A DNA stretch of 64,000 nt from Fimbriimonadia bacterium. Lineage in GTDB: Bacteria; Armatimonadota; Fimbriimonadia; Fimbriimonadales; JABRVX01. Below the pieces are notes generated by a model. The model made no database searches, had not been told where the DNA came from, and worked only from the letters and a program-made list of their open reading frames with translations. Both the position numbers and the translations under genes were made by a program. The stretch spans positions 1 to 64,000 of the forward strand of contig JBGPGO010000008.1 of assembly GCA_041483895.1 (NCBI GenBank). The letters are read 5' to 3'. Shown in pieces: positions 21,343 to 32,547 of the stretch. Position 1 is the stretch's first letter. Each line of letters begins with the position of its first letter.

Positions 21343-22017
21343 ATGGCAGACAAGATAGACAAGGCAGAAAAGGGCGGCAAGAAGGAACCGAAGGGCAAGG
21401 TCAAGGGCAAGGGCGGCGGCGGCGCCGCGATTGCAACAGCTACCGCCGCGGAATTGGCGACGGTTCCGCCTTCGCGGCTGCATCAAAAGTATAAGGATTC
21501 TATCGTTCCGGCTCTCAAAGAACAGTTCGGATACAAGTCGCTTCTGGCGGTTCCGCGGCTGGACAAGATCGTGGTCAACATGGGAATTGGCCGGGCCGAG
21601 GATGATGCCAAGCAGTTGGAGAATTCCGTTCGGGACCTGACTCTTATCGCGGGCCAGCGGCCGGTGGTCACGAAGGCTAAGAAAGCGATTTCAAACTTCA
21701 AGATTCGGGAAGGGAACAAGGTCGGATGCCGGGTCACATTACGCGGCGAGCGCATGTATCACTTTTTCGATAAGCTGGTCTCCATCGTGCTGCCAAGACT
21801 TCGCGACTTTCGCGGCCTATCGCCGAAGGCATTCGATGGCAGAGGCAATTACGCATTGGGTCTAAAAGAGCAGATTATTTTTCCGGAGATTTCTTACGAT
21901 ACCTTCGACAAGCTGCGTGGCATGGATGTGGTGATCTGCACCACTGCCAAAACGGATGAAGAGGCCAGGGTGTTCCTCAAGAAGATGGGAATGCCGATTC
22001 GGGAAGCAACTCAATAG
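21343..22017 (+). CDS. rplE: 50S ribosomal protein L5 with N-terminal extension
   Basis: [23 protein letters not shown]. Confidence 0.98.
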   Translation: MADKIDKAEKGGKKEPKGKVKGKGGGGAAIATATAAELATVPPSRLHQKYKDSIVPALKEQFGYKSLLAVPRLDKIVVNMGIGRAEDDAKQLENSVRDLTLIAGQRPVVTKAKKAISNFKIREGNKVGCRVTLRGERMYHFFDKLVSIVLPRLRDFRGLSPKAFDGRGNYALGLKEQIIFPEISYDTFDKLRGMDVVICTTAKTDEEARVFLKKMGMPIREATQ

Positions 22018-22032
22018 AGAGGGATTTGGGAT

Positions 22033-24102
22033 TTGAAGAAGTACAGCGCTGACAAGATTCGCAACGTGGCACTCGTAGGACATGGCGGTTCGGGAAAAAC
22101 AACCTTGGCCGAGCATATCCTATTCATATCCGGCGCCACGGACCGAGTTGGCACGGTGGAGGCCGGAAACACAGTTTCCGACTATGATCCGCTGGAGCAG
22201 AAGCGCAAGATCAGCCTGAACGCATCGGTTCTTCCCATCGAGTGGAGGGACCACAAAATCAACCTGATCGATGTTCCCGGATACCCGGACTTTATTGGCG
22301 ACCTGTTCGGCGTCTGTCAGGTGGTCGAATCCATGGTTATCGTTACCGAGGCCAAGGACCACACAGACGTCGGTTTCGAAAACGCGTGGGAAGAAGCAGA
22401 GATCGATGCCCTGCCGCGCATGATTTTTGTCAACAAGATGGAGCGGGAAAACGCCGACTTTCCCGGCCTCGTCCGGTTCTTGGAGAACTCGTACGGCCGC
22501 AAAGTGGTGCCCATCCACATGCCGATCGGCTCCCAACTCGAATTCAAGGGTGTGATAGACCTGCTGGAAATGAAGGCCTATGTCGGCCATGACAAGGACC
22601 TGCACGCGGAGGATATCCCGGCGGACCTGCTGGCGGAAGCGGAAGCCATGCGGGAAAAGGTGGTGGACGCGGCGACCATCGCGGATGATGAATTGGCGCT
22701 GAAATATCTCGAGGGCGAGTCGGTGACTCCCGACGAGGTGATGCACGGCCTCCTGCTTGGCGTGGAGCAGGGAAGGGTGGTCCCGGTGTGTATCGGGTCG
22801 GCGGCGCATGGCATCGGCGTCGGCCTTCTCGTGGATAGAATCGTCGGCGCGCTTCCCGCTCCGACCGATATGCCGCACAAGGCGGGCGATAAGGAACTTG
22901 AATCGGATGAGGGAGGACCGCTGGCCGCGCTGGTATTCAAGTCTACGGCCGATCCGTATGTCGGCAAGATCAGCTTCTTCCGGGTTTTCAGCGGAACATT
23001 CACCAGCGACAGCCACGTGTGGAATCCGAACCGCGAAAAGGACGAGCGGGTGGGTCAGGTGTTTTGCCCACGTGGAAAAACTCAGGAATCGACACCAGCG
23101 GTCGGCGCCGGAGACATCGGGGCGGTCGCCAAGCTGCAGGAGACTCGAACCGGCGATACATTGACGACGAAGGGTTCGGGCATTCAATTCGAGCCGTTCC
23201 ACTATCCCGGCCCGATATACAGCATCGCCATCCACGCGGCGACAAAGGCGGACGAAGACAAGCTCGGACCGGCCATGATGCGATTGGCGGACGAGGACCC
23301 CACCTTCGTATCGCGGCAAGACCCAGAGTTGAACCAGACGATTTTGTCCGGCATGGGGGATCTGCACCTCGACGTGACAATCGAGCGCCTTCACAACAAG
23401 TTTGGCGTGAACGTCGAGACCGAGGAGGCGAGGGTGGCCTATCGCGAGACGGTGCGATCGAGCGCCACCGCCGAAGGAAAGCACAAGAAGCAGACGGGTG
23501 GCCGCGGACAGTACGGCCATTGCAAGATCGAAATGGAGCCACTCGATCGTGGGGCCGGTTACGAATTCGTCGACAAAGTAGTCGGTGGAGCGATTCCCCG
23601 CAACTTCATCCCAGCGGTCGAAAAGGGAATTCGCGAGGCGCTGACCAAAGGCATCCAGGCCGGGTATCCCGTGGTGGACCTGCGGACTACGCTTGTCTTT
23701 GGCTCCTACCATGATGTGGACTCGAGCGAGGCGGCGTTTAAAATGGCTGGGCAGCTAGCCTTCCGGAATGCGGCGGCGCTGGCTCAACCCACGATGCTGG
23801 AGCCGATTGTGTTGGTGGACATCATCGTGCCGGAAGAGTATGTCGGCGACATCAACAGCGATCTGAACGGGCGGCGAGGCCGGTTGCTGGGTATGGAGGC
23901 CATCGGTTCGGGCCGGCAGCGCATACGGGCTCATGTGCCTCAGGGCGAAATGATGAAGTACGCCCTCGACCTGCGCTCGATCACCCGGGGACGGGGCAAA
24001 TTCGCCACTGAATTCGATCACTATGAGGAATTGCCCGCGAACGTTATCCAGGAGCTCGTGAAGAAGCACGAGCGCGAGAGGAAAGAAGAGCAAGAGGACT
24101 AG
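22033..24102 (+). CDS. Divergent elongation factor G paralog (EF-G2 / EF-G-like)
   Basis: Full-length [48 protein letters not shown] start. Confidence 0.93.
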   Translation: MKKYSADKIRNVALVGHGGSGKTTLAEHILFISGATDRVGTVEAGNTVSDYDPLEQKRKISLNASVLPIEWRDHKINLIDVPGYPDFIGDLFGVCQVVESMVIVTEAKDHTDVGFENAWEEAEIDALPRMIFVNKMERENADFPGLVRFLENSYGRKVVPIHMPIGSQLEFKGVIDLLEMKAYVGHDKDLHAEDIPADLLAEAEAMREKVVDAATIADDELALKYLEGESVTPDEVMHGLLLGVEQGRVVPVCIGSAAHGIGVGLLVDRIVGALPAPTDMPHKAGDKELESDEGGPLAALVFKSTADPYVGKISFFRVFSGTFTSDSHVWNPNREKDERVGQVFCPRGKTQESTPAVGAGDIGAVAKLQETRTGDTLTTKGSGIQFEPFHYPGPIYSIAIHAATKADEDKLGPAMMRLADEDPTFVSRQDPELNQTILSGMGDLHLDVTIERLHNKFGVNVETEEARVAYRETVRSSATAEGKHKKQTGGRGQYGHCKIEMEPLDRGAGYEFVDKVVGGAIPRNFIPAVEKGIREALTKGIQAGYPVVDLRTTLVFGSYHDVDSSEAAFKMAGQLAFRNAAALAQPTMLEPIVLVDIIVPEEYVGDINSDLNGRRGRLLGMEAIGSGRQRIRAHVPQGEMMKYALDLRSITRGRGKFATEFDHYEELPANVIQELVKKHERERKEEQED

Positions 24103-24163
24103 CCGGCTTGGGGTACACTTGCCGGTCGGCTGCGGGAACGGTTCGATTGGAGGATCTATATCT

Positions 24164-24349
24164 ATGGCAAAGACCTGTTTGATAAATAAGGCGAAACTGA
24201 AGCCGAAGTATAAGGTGCGCGGTTACACGCGATGCAACGTGTGCGGTCGGCCACGTGGCGTCTTTAAGTACTTTGGCCTTTGCCGAATTTGCCTGCGTGA
24301 GCTAGCCCACAAAGGCGTACTGCCGGGTGTGACAAAGTCGAGTTGGTAG
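24164..24349 (+). CDS. rpsZ: 30S ribosomal protein S14, zinc-binding type Z
   Basis: CNVC...CRIC; ATG after GGAGG. Confidence 0.97.
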   Translation: MAKTCLINKAKLKPKYKVRGYTRCNVCGRPRGVFKYFGLCRICLRELAHKGVLPGVTKSSW

Positions 24350-24358
24350 GAGTAAGAG

Positions 24359-24754
24359 ATGCACAGTGACCCGATAGCGGACATGTTGACAAGAATTCGG
24401 AATGGGGGACGAGCCCACCTGACGCAGGTGGACATGCCCGCGTCTGGAGTGAAGCAGTCATTGGCCAAGATCCTCCAAGATGAAGGGCTGATCACCAGCT
24501 TTGAACTGGTCAAGGACACGAAGTTTCCGACGCTCCGCGTCCAGTTGAAGTATTTCCAGGATAAGAAGCACGCGATCCGAATCATCCGCCGGATCAGCAA
24601 ACCGGGCTTGCGGGTGTACTCATCGAGCGAGAAGCTGCGCCCGGTCCGAAACGGTCTCGCGACGCAGGTGGTGTCCACCTCGCAAGGCATTATGACCGAC
24701 CGAGATGCCCGCAGAAGGCATATCGGCGGGGAAGTAATGTTCGAAGTTTGGTAA
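24359..24754 (+). CDS. rpsH: 30S ribosomal protein S8
   Basis: DPIADMLTRIRN, SKPGLRVY. Confidence 0.99.
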   Translation: MHSDPIADMLTRIRNGGRAHLTQVDMPASGVKQSLAKILQDEGLITSFELVKDTKFPTLRVQLKYFQDKKHAIRIIRRISKPGLRVYSSSEKLRPVRNGLATQVVSTSQGIMTDRDARRRHIGGEVMFEVW

Positions 24755-24766
24755 AGGACGACAGAT

Positions 24767-25327
24767 ATGTCTAGAGTAGGGAGAAAACCGATAACCGTGC
24801 CCGGCAACGTGACCGTCACCAATCAGGACGGCCACATCACCGTGAAAGGTCCGAAGGGCGAACTGGCCTGCCGGGTCGAGCCGCGCCTGGAAGTCAAACA
24901 GGAGAACGGCATCATTGCCCTTGAGCGGCCAACCAACGAGTCCTACATGCGCCAGCAGCACGGATTGGCGCGGACCCTGATTGACAATTTAGTAATCGGA
25001 GTAACCGAAGGTTTCACGAAAAACCTTACGTTGGTCGGCGTTGGATACAGGGCAACGTTGGACGGGAAGAACCTCGTGATGAGCCTTGGCTTCTCGCATC
25101 CTGTGATTGTTGAGCCCAGGCCGGGAATCACGTTCACAATCGAACCCGGTGATCGAACGCGGCCCATGTCCATCAACGTGGCCGGAATTGACAAGCAGGT
25201 TGTCGGGCAGCAGGCCGCCGACATCCGACGAAAGCGTCCGCCGGACTCGTATAAGGGCAAGGGCGTCCGATACGTAGGCGAGGTGGTCAAGACCAAGCCG
25301 GGCAAGCGCGGCGTGGCTGGTAAGTAG
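24767..25327 (+). CDS. rplF: 50S ribosomal protein L6
   Basis: [17 protein letters not shown]. Confidence 0.99.
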   Translation: MSRVGRKPITVPGNVTVTNQDGHITVKGPKGELACRVEPRLEVKQENGIIALERPTNESYMRQQHGLARTLIDNLVIGVTEGFTKNLTLVGVGYRATLDGKNLVMSLGFSHPVIVEPRPGITFTIEPGDRTRPMSINVAGIDKQVVGQQAADIRRKRPPDSYKGKGVRYVGEVVKTKPGKRGVAGK

Positions 25328-25337
25328 GAAGAGCAAG

Positions 25338-25694
25338 ATGCCAAGAACATCACAAGACTTGAGACTGAGAAGACACCGTCGGATCCGAAAGCATCTTTCC
25401 GGCACGGAACAGGCCCCGCGGCTCAGCGTATTTCGCAGCCTGCAGCACATCGCCGTTCAGCTGGTGGACGATTCGAAGGGACAGACGATTTGCAGCGCCT
25501 CCACGCTGGAGAGCGACCTGCGATCAAAGTACGGGGGCAATCTGAGCGCCGCCAAAGAGATCGGCAAGCTGATAAGCCAACGCGCTAAGGAAAAGGGCGT
25601 CGAGCGGGTCGTGTTCGATCGAGGCGGGTTCCAATATGCCGGCAGGGTCAAAGCGCTGGCCGATGCCGCCCGCGAGGGTGGCCTGAAGTTTTAG
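25338..25694 (+). CDS. rplR: 50S ribosomal protein L18
   Basis: [14 protein letters not shown]. Confidence 0.99.
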   Translation: MPRTSQDLRLRRHRRIRKHLSGTEQAPRLSVFRSLQHIAVQLVDDSKGQTICSASTLESDLRSKYGGNLSAAKEIGKLISQRAKEKGVERVVFDRGGFQYAGRVKALADAAREGGLKF

Positions 25695-25703
25695 GAGCAA
25701 TGA

Positions 25704-26255
25704 ATGAGGAAATTTGATCGCAGCAGCGAGGGCGAAGGCTCAAATATGGAGGTCCGCGTGGTGCGGACCAACAAGGTATTCAAGACCCACAAGGGAGGCA
25801 AGACCGCGAGTTGGTCCTGCCTGGTCGTCGTCGGCGATCATAAGGGCAAGGTCGGGGTGGGAATCGGTAAGGCCCGCGGCGTGCCGGATGCCATTCGCAA
25901 GGGAGAAGAGGCTGCCCGCCGCGCGATGATGGAGATCCCGATGATCGCCTTCACTATCCCGCATGAAGTCAAAGCCAAGGTCGGGACCTCGCTGGTGCTC
26001 TTGAAGCCGGCTTCGCCTGGGACGGGCGTGGTTGCCGGCGGAGCGGTTCGCGCGATGCTGGAAGTGGCCGGCATCCAGGACGTTTTGGCCAAAAGCTTTG
26101 GGTCTCGCAACCCAATCAATTGCGCATGGGCCACAATTGAGTGTCTGAAGGACCTCTCGGTGCCGGAGGAGACGGCCAGCCGGCGCGGCAAGAAGGTAGA
26201 AGAGCTGATCCCTTGGCTGCCCAAGGCTCGAGGCGAGGCCCCGGTCAATGCTTAA
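25704..26255 (+). CDS. rpsE: 30S ribosomal protein S5
   Basis: [18 protein letters not shown]. Confidence 0.97.
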   Translation: MRKFDRSSEGEGSNMEVRVVRTNKVFKTHKGGKTASWSCLVVVGDHKGKVGVGIGKARGVPDAIRKGEEAARRAMMEIPMIAFTIPHEVKAKVGTSLVLLKPASPGTGVVAGGAVRAMLEVAGIQDVLAKSFGSRNPINCAWATIECLKDLSVPEETASRRGKKVEELIPWLPKARGEAPVNA

Positions 26256-26460
26256 GGTCACTCTGAAACGAAGCGCCGTCGGCTACAGCGTGAACCACAA
26301 GCGCACGGTTGAAGCGCTGGGCCTGGGCAAACTGAATTCGTCGAACATGGTTCCGGACAATCTCGCCATTCGTGGGATGATCCACAAGGTCGCTTTCCTG
26401 GTCGTAGTGGAGGAAGTGGCAGAGAAACCGAAGAGAGGCAAGAAAGATGTTTCTGCATGA
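26248..26460 (+). CDS. rpmD: 50S ribosomal protein L30
   Basis: [16 protein letters not shown]. Confidence 0.95.
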   Translation: MLKVTLKRSAVGYSVNHKRTVEALGLGKLNSSNMVPDNLAIRGMIHKVAFLVVVEEVAEKPKRGKKDVSA

Positions 26461-26887
26461 TCTGAAGCCCGCTCCCGGCGCGAGGAAGGCTAAGACGCGG
26501 CGTGGAAGAGGTCCCGGTTCCGGGCTTGGCAAGACCGCCGGCCGTGGAATGAAAGGGGATAAGGCTCGTGGTCGGGTCTGGCTGGGATTCGAAGGCGGCC
26601 AAACCCCCCTGCATCGACGCCTGCCCCTGAAAAAGGGCTTCCGGAACCCGAATCACAAGGAGTTCTCGGTTGTTAATCTAGATGGCCTGAGCGAGCGGTT
26701 CAAGGACGGCGAGGAAGTGACTCCAGAGACGCTGACCGAGCGCGGGCTGGTGACGAAACGGCTGCACGGCATCAAGATACTCGGCCGAGGCGACATCACC
26801 TGCAAGGTCAAAGTATCCGCCCACCATTTCAGCAAGTCGGCGGAGGAAAAGCTGCTCGCCAAAGGCTGTGAGGTCACGCGTCTGTGA
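26447..26887 (+). CDS. rplO: 50S ribosomal protein L15
   Basis: [20 protein letters not shown]. Confidence 0.99.
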   Translation: MFLHDLKPAPGARKAKTRRGRGPGSGLGKTAGRGMKGDKARGRVWLGFEGGQTPLHRRLPLKKGFRNPNHKEFSVVNLDGLSERFKDGEEVTPETLTERGLVTKRLHGIKILGRGDITCKVKVSAHHFSKSAEEKLLAKGCEVTRL

Positions 26888-28194
26888 ACTTCAAAGAAAC
26901 GATCCTGGCCGCCTGGGCAACCCCGGACCTTCGGCAGCGGATCATTTTTGTCTTTGCTATGTTCATGATCTATGTGATTGGGATCCATATTCCCGTCCCG
27001 ATCCAAGGCGTTGACCCCAACCTTATCGCGGACGCCGTTGAAAAGAACCAAGCTCTACAGTTCTTGAACCTGTTCGGAGGCGGCGCCCTCAAGCGGCTTT
27101 CCATCTTTGCCCTGGGGCTCAACCCGTATATTACGGCCTCCATCGTTATGCAGCTCATGACGGTCGGCGTACCGTCCTTGCAAAAGCTGCAGCGCGAAGA
27201 AGGCGAGTACGGCCGCCGCAAGATCAACCGCATCACCCGCACGTTGACGATTTTCCTCTGCCTGTTCCAAGGCTGGGGATATACGACGCTGCTCTCCCAG
27301 GTGGCGGCGCAGGCCGGTACCGGCTCGACGTTTACGATGGGCATGCGAGCATCCATCATCATGTTCTGGACGGCCGGCGCGATGTTTGTGCTCTGGCTCG
27401 GCGAACAGATCCAGGAGAAAGGGATTGGAAACGGCGTTTCGCTCATGATCTTCGCCGGCATCTTGGTCCAGCTGCCCTATACGATCGCCCGGCTTCGGAC
27501 CAACGTTGCGGACGGGGCTGTCAACGGATTCAATATCATCACGCTGGTCTCTATTTTCCTGGGAACCATTTGGATCATCGTCTTCTTTACCAAGGCCCAG
27601 CGGCGCATTCCCATTCATCACATGAAGCGGGTACCCGGCCAGAGGATGACGGGAACGCAAACAACATATCTCCCCCTGTCAATCAATATGGCGGGCGTCA
27701 TCCCGATTATCTTTGCCATCTCACTCCTGTTTCTTCCTGGAACGTTCGCGACGGCCTTTGGCGAGACATCCGGCATCGGCCAACTGTTCCGCCACATTCA
27801 ACAGCTGTTCACTCCTGGGCAAAGCGGTTGGGGCGCACTTCTGTATACCGCCATGATCTTCGCCTTCACTTACTTCTACACGGCGGTTATCTATAACGTG
27901 GAAGAGATGGCGGATAACCTCAAGAAGAGCGGGGCCTTCGTGCCGGGCGTTCGTCCGGGCAAGCCGACACAGGAGTTCTTGGACGGTGTGATCAGCCGCA
28001 TCACCTTGGTCGGCGCAGCGTTCCTTTCGTTTGTCGCCCTGCTACAATATTACGTACCGAATTGGACCAACACCGGAACCTCGGTGTCGCTTGTCGGCGG
28101 CACTTCGCTGCTCATCGTGGTCGCCGTGGCGCTGGACACCATGAATCAGGTCGAAGCACAGGTGATTATGCGCGGGTACGAAGAGGTCGGCTAA
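26884..28194 (+). CDS. secY: Preprotein translocase SecY
   Basis: [28 protein letters not shown]. Confidence 0.99.
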   Translation: MNFKETILAAWATPDLRQRIIFVFAMFMIYVIGIHIPVPIQGVDPNLIADAVEKNQALQFLNLFGGGALKRLSIFALGLNPYITASIVMQLMTVGVPSLQKLQREEGEYGRRKINRITRTLTIFLCLFQGWGYTTLLSQVAAQAGTGSTFTMGMRASIIMFWTAGAMFVLWLGEQIQEKGIGNGVSLMIFAGILVQLPYTIARLRTNVADGAVNGFNIITLVSIFLGTIWIIVFFTKAQRRIPIHHMKRVPGQRMTGTQTTYLPLSINMAGVIPIIFAISLLFLPGTFATAFGETSGIGQLFRHIQQLFTPGQSGWGALLYTAMIFAFTYFYTAVIYNVEEMADNLKKSGAFVPGVRPGKPTQEFLDGVISRITLVGAAFLSFVALLQYYVPNWTNTGTSVSLVGGTSLLIVVAVALDTMNQVEAQVIMRGYEEVG

Positions 28195-28836
28195 TTGCGG
28201 CTCGTTCTTCTTGGTCCTCCCGGAGTTGGCAAAGGGACGCAGGCGAAGCTGGTTCACGAACAGTACGGTATCCCTCATATCTCAACCGGCGACATGCTGC
28301 GCGAGGCTGCCGCGATTGGGACCGAGATGGGAGAGAACGCCGGCCGGTATATGTCCGGCGGTGAACTGGTGCCCGACGATGTGATCATTGGGGTTGCAGA
28401 GGAGCGCCTTTCGATGGTCGACGCGCTACCGGGCTTCATTCTGGACGGTTTCCCGCGAACAGTTCCCCAGGCCGAGGCGTTGGAAGAGATGTTGGAACGA
28501 CGCAAGGCGCCGCTGACCACTGTCGTAGCGATGGAAGTTGACGTGGAGAAAGTGGTCCAGAGGCTGAGAGGACGTAGGATCTGTCCGAGCTGCGGGGCGA
28601 GCTTTAATGTCGAGACGGCCCCGCCAAGAGATCCAAATCGTTGCGACGTCTGCGGTCAGGGGCTGGTAGTTCGTGAGGATGATCGGCCGGAATCGGTCCG
28701 TGAGCGGCTCCGTGTCTATACGGAAAAAACGCTCCCTCTCGTACAGTTTTACGAAAAACGGGGCCTCTTGCGGCGCGTGGATGCGACCGGCGCCATCGAG
28801 GATGTATTTGCGGAATTGCGTCGGGTGTTAGACTAA
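28195..28836 (+). CDS. adk: Adenylate kinase (Zn-LID type)
   Basis: GPPGVGKGTQ, LDGFPR, CPSC/CDVC. Confidence 0.98.
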   Translation: MRLVLLGPPGVGKGTQAKLVHEQYGIPHISTGDMLREAAAIGTEMGENAGRYMSGGELVPDDVIIGVAEERLSMVDALPGFILDGFPRTVPQAEALEEMLERRKAPLTTVVAMEVDVEKVVQRLRGRRICPSCGASFNVETAPPRDPNRCDVCGQGLVVREDDRPESVRERLRVYTEKTLPLVQFYEKRGLLRRVDATGAIEDVFAELRRVLD

Positions 28837-28837
28837 G

Positions 28838-29587
28838 ATGATTGTGCGCAAAAGTCCGGAAGAGGTCGAAAAGATGCGCGACGTGGGGCGAATTGTGGCT
28901 CGCACGTTGCGAATCCTGTCCGAGAGCATCATACCGGGGAAGACGACGACTCGGGAACTGGACGAACTTGCTCAGCGGCTCCTCGATGAAGAGGAAGCCT
29001 ATCCGGCATTCAAGGGCTACCGAGGCTATCCGGACGCGCTTTGTGTTGCCCGCAATGACCAGGTGGTTCACGGCATCCCGTCGGACGAGCCACTCGAAGA
29101 GGGCGACATCGTCGGACTAGACATCGGAGCGGTAAAAGGCGGCTATTACGGGGACGGCGCGTGGACCTACCCCGTCGGGGAGGTCAGCCCGGAGGCGCGC
29201 CGGCTTCTGAACGTGACGAAAGAAGCGCTCTATCAAGGGTTGGCGCAGGCGAAGGCGGGTAACCGGATCGGGGACATTTCTTCGGCGGTACAGAAATACG
29301 TCGAGAAGAACGGGTATGCCGTCGTGCGGGAGCTGGTCGGGCATGGGGTCGGCCGGGCTGTGCATGAAGACCCTTCCGTCCCGAACTTCGGGAAGCCGGG
29401 CAGCGGACCGAAATTGGAAGTTGGGATGACGATTTGCGTGGAACCGATGGTGAATGTCGGCACAAAAGAGGTTGCCACGCTGGAAGACAAATGGACTGTG
29501 GTGACAAAGGACGGAAAGCTTTCCGCGCACTTTGAGCACATGATAGCGATCACATCCAACGGACCTGATATCTTGACGAAGGAGTAG
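28838..29587 (+). CDS. map: Methionine aminopeptidase type I
   Basis: VVHGIP, GHGVG..HEDP, SAHFEH. Confidence 0.98.
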   Translation: MIVRKSPEEVEKMRDVGRIVARTLRILSESIIPGKTTTRELDELAQRLLDEEEAYPAFKGYRGYPDALCVARNDQVVHGIPSDEPLEEGDIVGLDIGAVKGGYYGDGAWTYPVGEVSPEARRLLNVTKEALYQGLAQAKAGNRIGDISSAVQKYVEKNGYAVVRELVGHGVGRAVHEDPSVPNFGKPGSGPKLEVGMTICVEPMVNVGTKEVATLEDKWTVVTKDGKLSAHFEHMIAITSNGPDILTKE

Positions 29588-29616
29588 TCCGGTGAGAAAT
29601 AAACAAATGGAGGCCT

Positions 29617-29853
29617 ATGGCTAAACCGAGAACCAGCGAAAAGGAACGAGGACTGCAGGTGCAGGGAACCGTAATCGAGGCTCTGCCGAGCGCCCAGTTC
29701 CGGGTCAAGCTGGACGATGGTCCGGAAATCATGGCGCATGTATCAGGCAAGATTCGGATGAACTACATTCGAATCCTGGCCGGGGACAAGGTGCTGCTCG
29801 AACTATCGCCCTACGACCTGACTCGCGGCAGAATCGTCTATCGTTACAAATAG
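29617..29853 (+). CDS. infA: Translation initiation factor IF-1
   Basis: [18 protein letters not shown]. Confidence 0.98.
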   Translation: MAKPRTSEKERGLQVQGTVIEALPSAQFRVKLDDGPEIMAHVSGKIRMNYIRILAGDKVLLELSPYDLTRGRIVYRYK

Positions 29854-29958
29854 ATCGCTTGCGTTTTCCTGTGGGGTATACTGACCCTTCGCGTGTATGG
29901 CGCCACGGTCTCTGATCGGCGCCCGTGCGTCTTTGTGTACGGGCGGGAGGGGTTTGTT

Positions 29959-30072
29959 GTGAAAGTTCGGGCTTCGGTTAAGAAGATTTGTGACAAATGC
30001 ATCATTATCAAGCGGGCCGGTGTCGTGCGCGTAATCTGCAAGGTCAAGAAGCACAAGCAGCGACAGGGCTAG
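29959..30072 (+). CDS. rpmJ: 50S ribosomal protein L36 (below ORF-track cutoff)
   Basis: Manual translation from [40 protein letters not shown]. Confidence 0.97.
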   Translation: MKVRASVKKICDKCIIIKRAGVVRVICKVKKHKQRQG

Positions 30073-30085
30073 TTGGAGGACTGAT

Positions 30086-30463
30086 TTGGCTCGTATTGCG
30101 GGCGTAGACCTGCCTAGAGACAAAGCAATAGAGTATGCACTGCCGACTATCTTCGGCATCGGGCCGACGACATCGGCACAGATATTGGACGCCGTCGGCA
30201 TCGATCCGCGCAAAAAGGTTCGTGACCTTACCGATCGCGAGGTCGCCAGCATTCGCGACGCCATCGACCGGACGATGAAGGTCGAAGGAGATCTGCGGCG
30301 CGACATCCAGCAGAATATTAGGCGGTTGATTGAGATCGGCAGCTATCGGGGCCTGCGCCATCGCCGCGGCCTTCCGACGAGGGGCCAGCGAACCCGGCAC
30401 AACGCCCGGACGCGCAAAGGTCCGAAGCGAACGATTGCCGGCAAGAAGAAAGTGAAGAAGTAA
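30086..30463 (+). CDS. rpsM: 30S ribosomal protein S13
   Basis: [19 protein letters not shown]. Confidence 0.99.
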   Translation: MARIAGVDLPRDKAIEYALPTIFGIGPTTSAQILDAVGIDPRKKVRDLTDREVASIRDAIDRTMKVEGDLRRDIQQNIRRLIEIGSYRGLRHRRGLPTRGQRTRHNARTRKGPKRTIAGKKKVKK

Positions 30464-30466
30464 TCT

Positions 30467-30862
30467 ATGGCACGGAAGCGGGCGACCGGGAAAGTCAAGA
30501 CGAAGGAAAAGCGCAGTATCGTCCACGGTGTCGTGCACATCTGCTGCACCTTCAACAACTGCATCGTGTCAGTCAGCGATCATGACGGCAACATACTGTG
30601 TTGGCAGAGCGCCGGCGGGTCCGGTTTCAAGGGATCGCGCAAAGGCACGCCGTTTGCCGCGCAGACCGCCGCCGAGCAGGCCGCGCGCAAGGCAGGCGAT
30701 TATGGAATTCGCAAAGTGGACATCGTGATCAAAGGACCCGGTTCCGGTCGCGAAACCGCGATCCGCAGCGTGGGAGCTTCCGGCCTGGAGGTTACGTCCA
30801 TACGCGACGAGACCCCGATTCCACACAACGGGTGCCGGCCGCCGAAGCGGCGGCGAGTGTAA
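30467..30862 (+). CDS. rpsK: 30S ribosomal protein S11
   Basis: [15 protein letters not shown]. Confidence 0.99.
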   Translation: MARKRATGKVKTKEKRSIVHGVVHICCTFNNCIVSVSDHDGNILCWQSAGGSGFKGSRKGTPFAAQTAAEQAARKAGDYGIRKVDIVIKGPGSGRETAIRSVGASGLEVTSIRDETPIPHNGCRPPKRRRV

Positions 30863-30878
30863 TAGGGAGGATATGTAA

Positions 30879-31517
30879 TTGTCCGTAATTTGGGAATCAC
30901 GTTGTAGGTACTGCCGAAGAGCGGGAACGAAACTATATCTTAAAGGCGAGCGCTGCTACACGAAGAAATGCGCCATCGAGCGGGAAAGCCGCCAAAAGCC
31001 GCCAGGGGCACACGGCCAGCCGACCGGGCGCCAGCGAGTCACGGAATATGGCGAGCAGCTAGCCGAAAAGCAGAAGTTGAAGCGGATGTACCAGCTTCGA
31101 GAAGGGCAGTTCTCCCATTACATGAGCGTCGCCCAGCATCGGCGCGGAGTGAGCGGTGCCAACCTGCTGCAGATTCTTGAAACGCGATTGGATAGCGTGG
31201 TCTATCGGCTGGGCTGGGCAAAGTCGCGTGGCATGGCTCGCCAAATGGTTACGCACCGATTCTTCGCCGTCAACGGCGTTCCGACAAACGTACCGAGCTT
31301 TCTGACGCGACCAAACGACAAGGTTTCCTTGGTTGACAAGAAGCGCGCGACGAAAGCGGTTGCCGAATCGCTGAAGTCGATGACAACCCACCGAACTCCG
31401 GGATGGCTGGAACTGGATACCAACACCTTCGACGGAAAGGTACTCCATGCTCCGGCCCGGGACGAGATCGACACACAAATTAGGGAGCAGATGATTGTTG
31501 AGTATTACACCCGATAG
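30879..31517 (+). CDS. rpsD: 30S ribosomal protein S4 (Zn-binding)
   Basis: CRYCRR..KGERC, LETRLDSVVYRLG. Confidence 0.98.
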   Translation: MSVIWESRCRYCRRAGTKLYLKGERCYTKKCAIERESRQKPPGAHGQPTGRQRVTEYGEQLAEKQKLKRMYQLREGQFSHYMSVAQHRRGVSGANLLQILETRLDSVVYRLGWAKSRGMARQMVTHRFFAVNGVPTNVPSFLTRPNDKVSLVDKKRATKAVAESLKSMTTHRTPGWLELDTNTFDGKVLHAPARDEIDTQIREQMIVEYYTR

Positions 31518-31554
31518 CGAACGGGAATTCGAAGTAGCGCCGGTTGAACAGGCC

Positions 31555-32547
31555 TTGCCGCAAATCGGTTTGCTGGAGCAATCCGATTTTCATGGCAAGT
31601 TTGTCGTTGAACCGTTGGAGAGGGGATACGGTCACACCATCGGCAGCGCATTGCGCCGAGTGCTTCTCTCTTCGATACGGGGCTGCGCCATCACCGCCAT
31701 CAAGATCGACAAGGTGCTGCACGAGTTTGCCGCCATTCCAGGCGTGAAGGAAGATACCAGCGAGCTGATCCTCAACCTTAAGGGAGTCGCAGTCAAGATT
31801 GACTACGATGCCCGGCCCGGCCCGAACGAGGATTTGATTTTGACTTTGGACGTCCGTGGGGCGGGCCGCGTTACCGCGGCGGATATCCAGTGCCCATCCG
31901 GCGTGGAGATCACGACCCCCGAAGTCTACATCGCCACGATCAGTGACAAGAACGCCTCGTTGCGGATGGAGATTTTCGTGGGCGTTGGGATCGGGTATGG
32001 GCTTCCCGAAAAGCACGAGCGGTACAAGCAGATGATCGGCGTCATTCCCATGGGTTCGCAATTCACGCCTGTGAGGAAGGTCGCCTACACGATCGATCCC
32101 ACGCGCGTCGGCTACAAGACCGACTATGAGCGCTTGATGATTGATGTGGAAACGAATGGCACGGTGACGCCGAGTGAAGCTGTCGCGGAAGCGGGCCGAA
32201 CCCTCGACAAATTCTTCCGGATGTTCTTCGACCTGTATGAAGCGCCCGGCGAACCGTTCGAGCAGATGCACGATGTGTTGCCGCCGGAACTGCGCGACGT
32301 GCCGGAGAAGCGGATCGAAGAGATGGACTTTTCCCAGCGAACATTTAACTGCTTGCGGCGCGCGTCTCTGCTTACCTTGCGGGACATGGTGCAAGTTGAT
32401 GAAGGGTTCCTGACTGGCATCCGCGGTTTTGGGAAAAAGTCGCTTTCCGAAGTTCGAGAAAAGTTGGCCGAGCTGGGCCTGGAGTTGCGACCGTCCAAAG
32501 GCGGCGCCCGACCCGTGTTCGACGACGACGATGAGGATGACTTCTAA
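31555..32547 (+). CDS. rpoA: RNA polymerase alpha subunit (probable TTG start at 31555)
   Basis: EPLERGYGHTIG, LHEF, RTFNCL. Confidence 0.97.
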   Translation: MPQIGLLEQSDFHGKFVVEPLERGYGHTIGSALRRVLLSSIRGCAITAIKIDKVLHEFAAIPGVKEDTSELILNLKGVAVKIDYDARPGPNEDLILTLDVRGAGRVTAADIQCPSGVEITTPEVYIATISDKNASLRMEIFVGVGIGYGLPEKHERYKQMIGVIPMGSQFTPVRKVAYTIDPTRVGYKTDYERLMIDVETNGTVTPSEAVAEAGRTLDKFFRMFFDLYEAPGEPFEQMHDVLPPELRDVPEKRIEEMDFSQRTFNCLRRASLLTLRDMVQVDEGFLTGIRGFGKKSLSEVREKLAELGLELRPSKGGARPVFDDDDEDDF

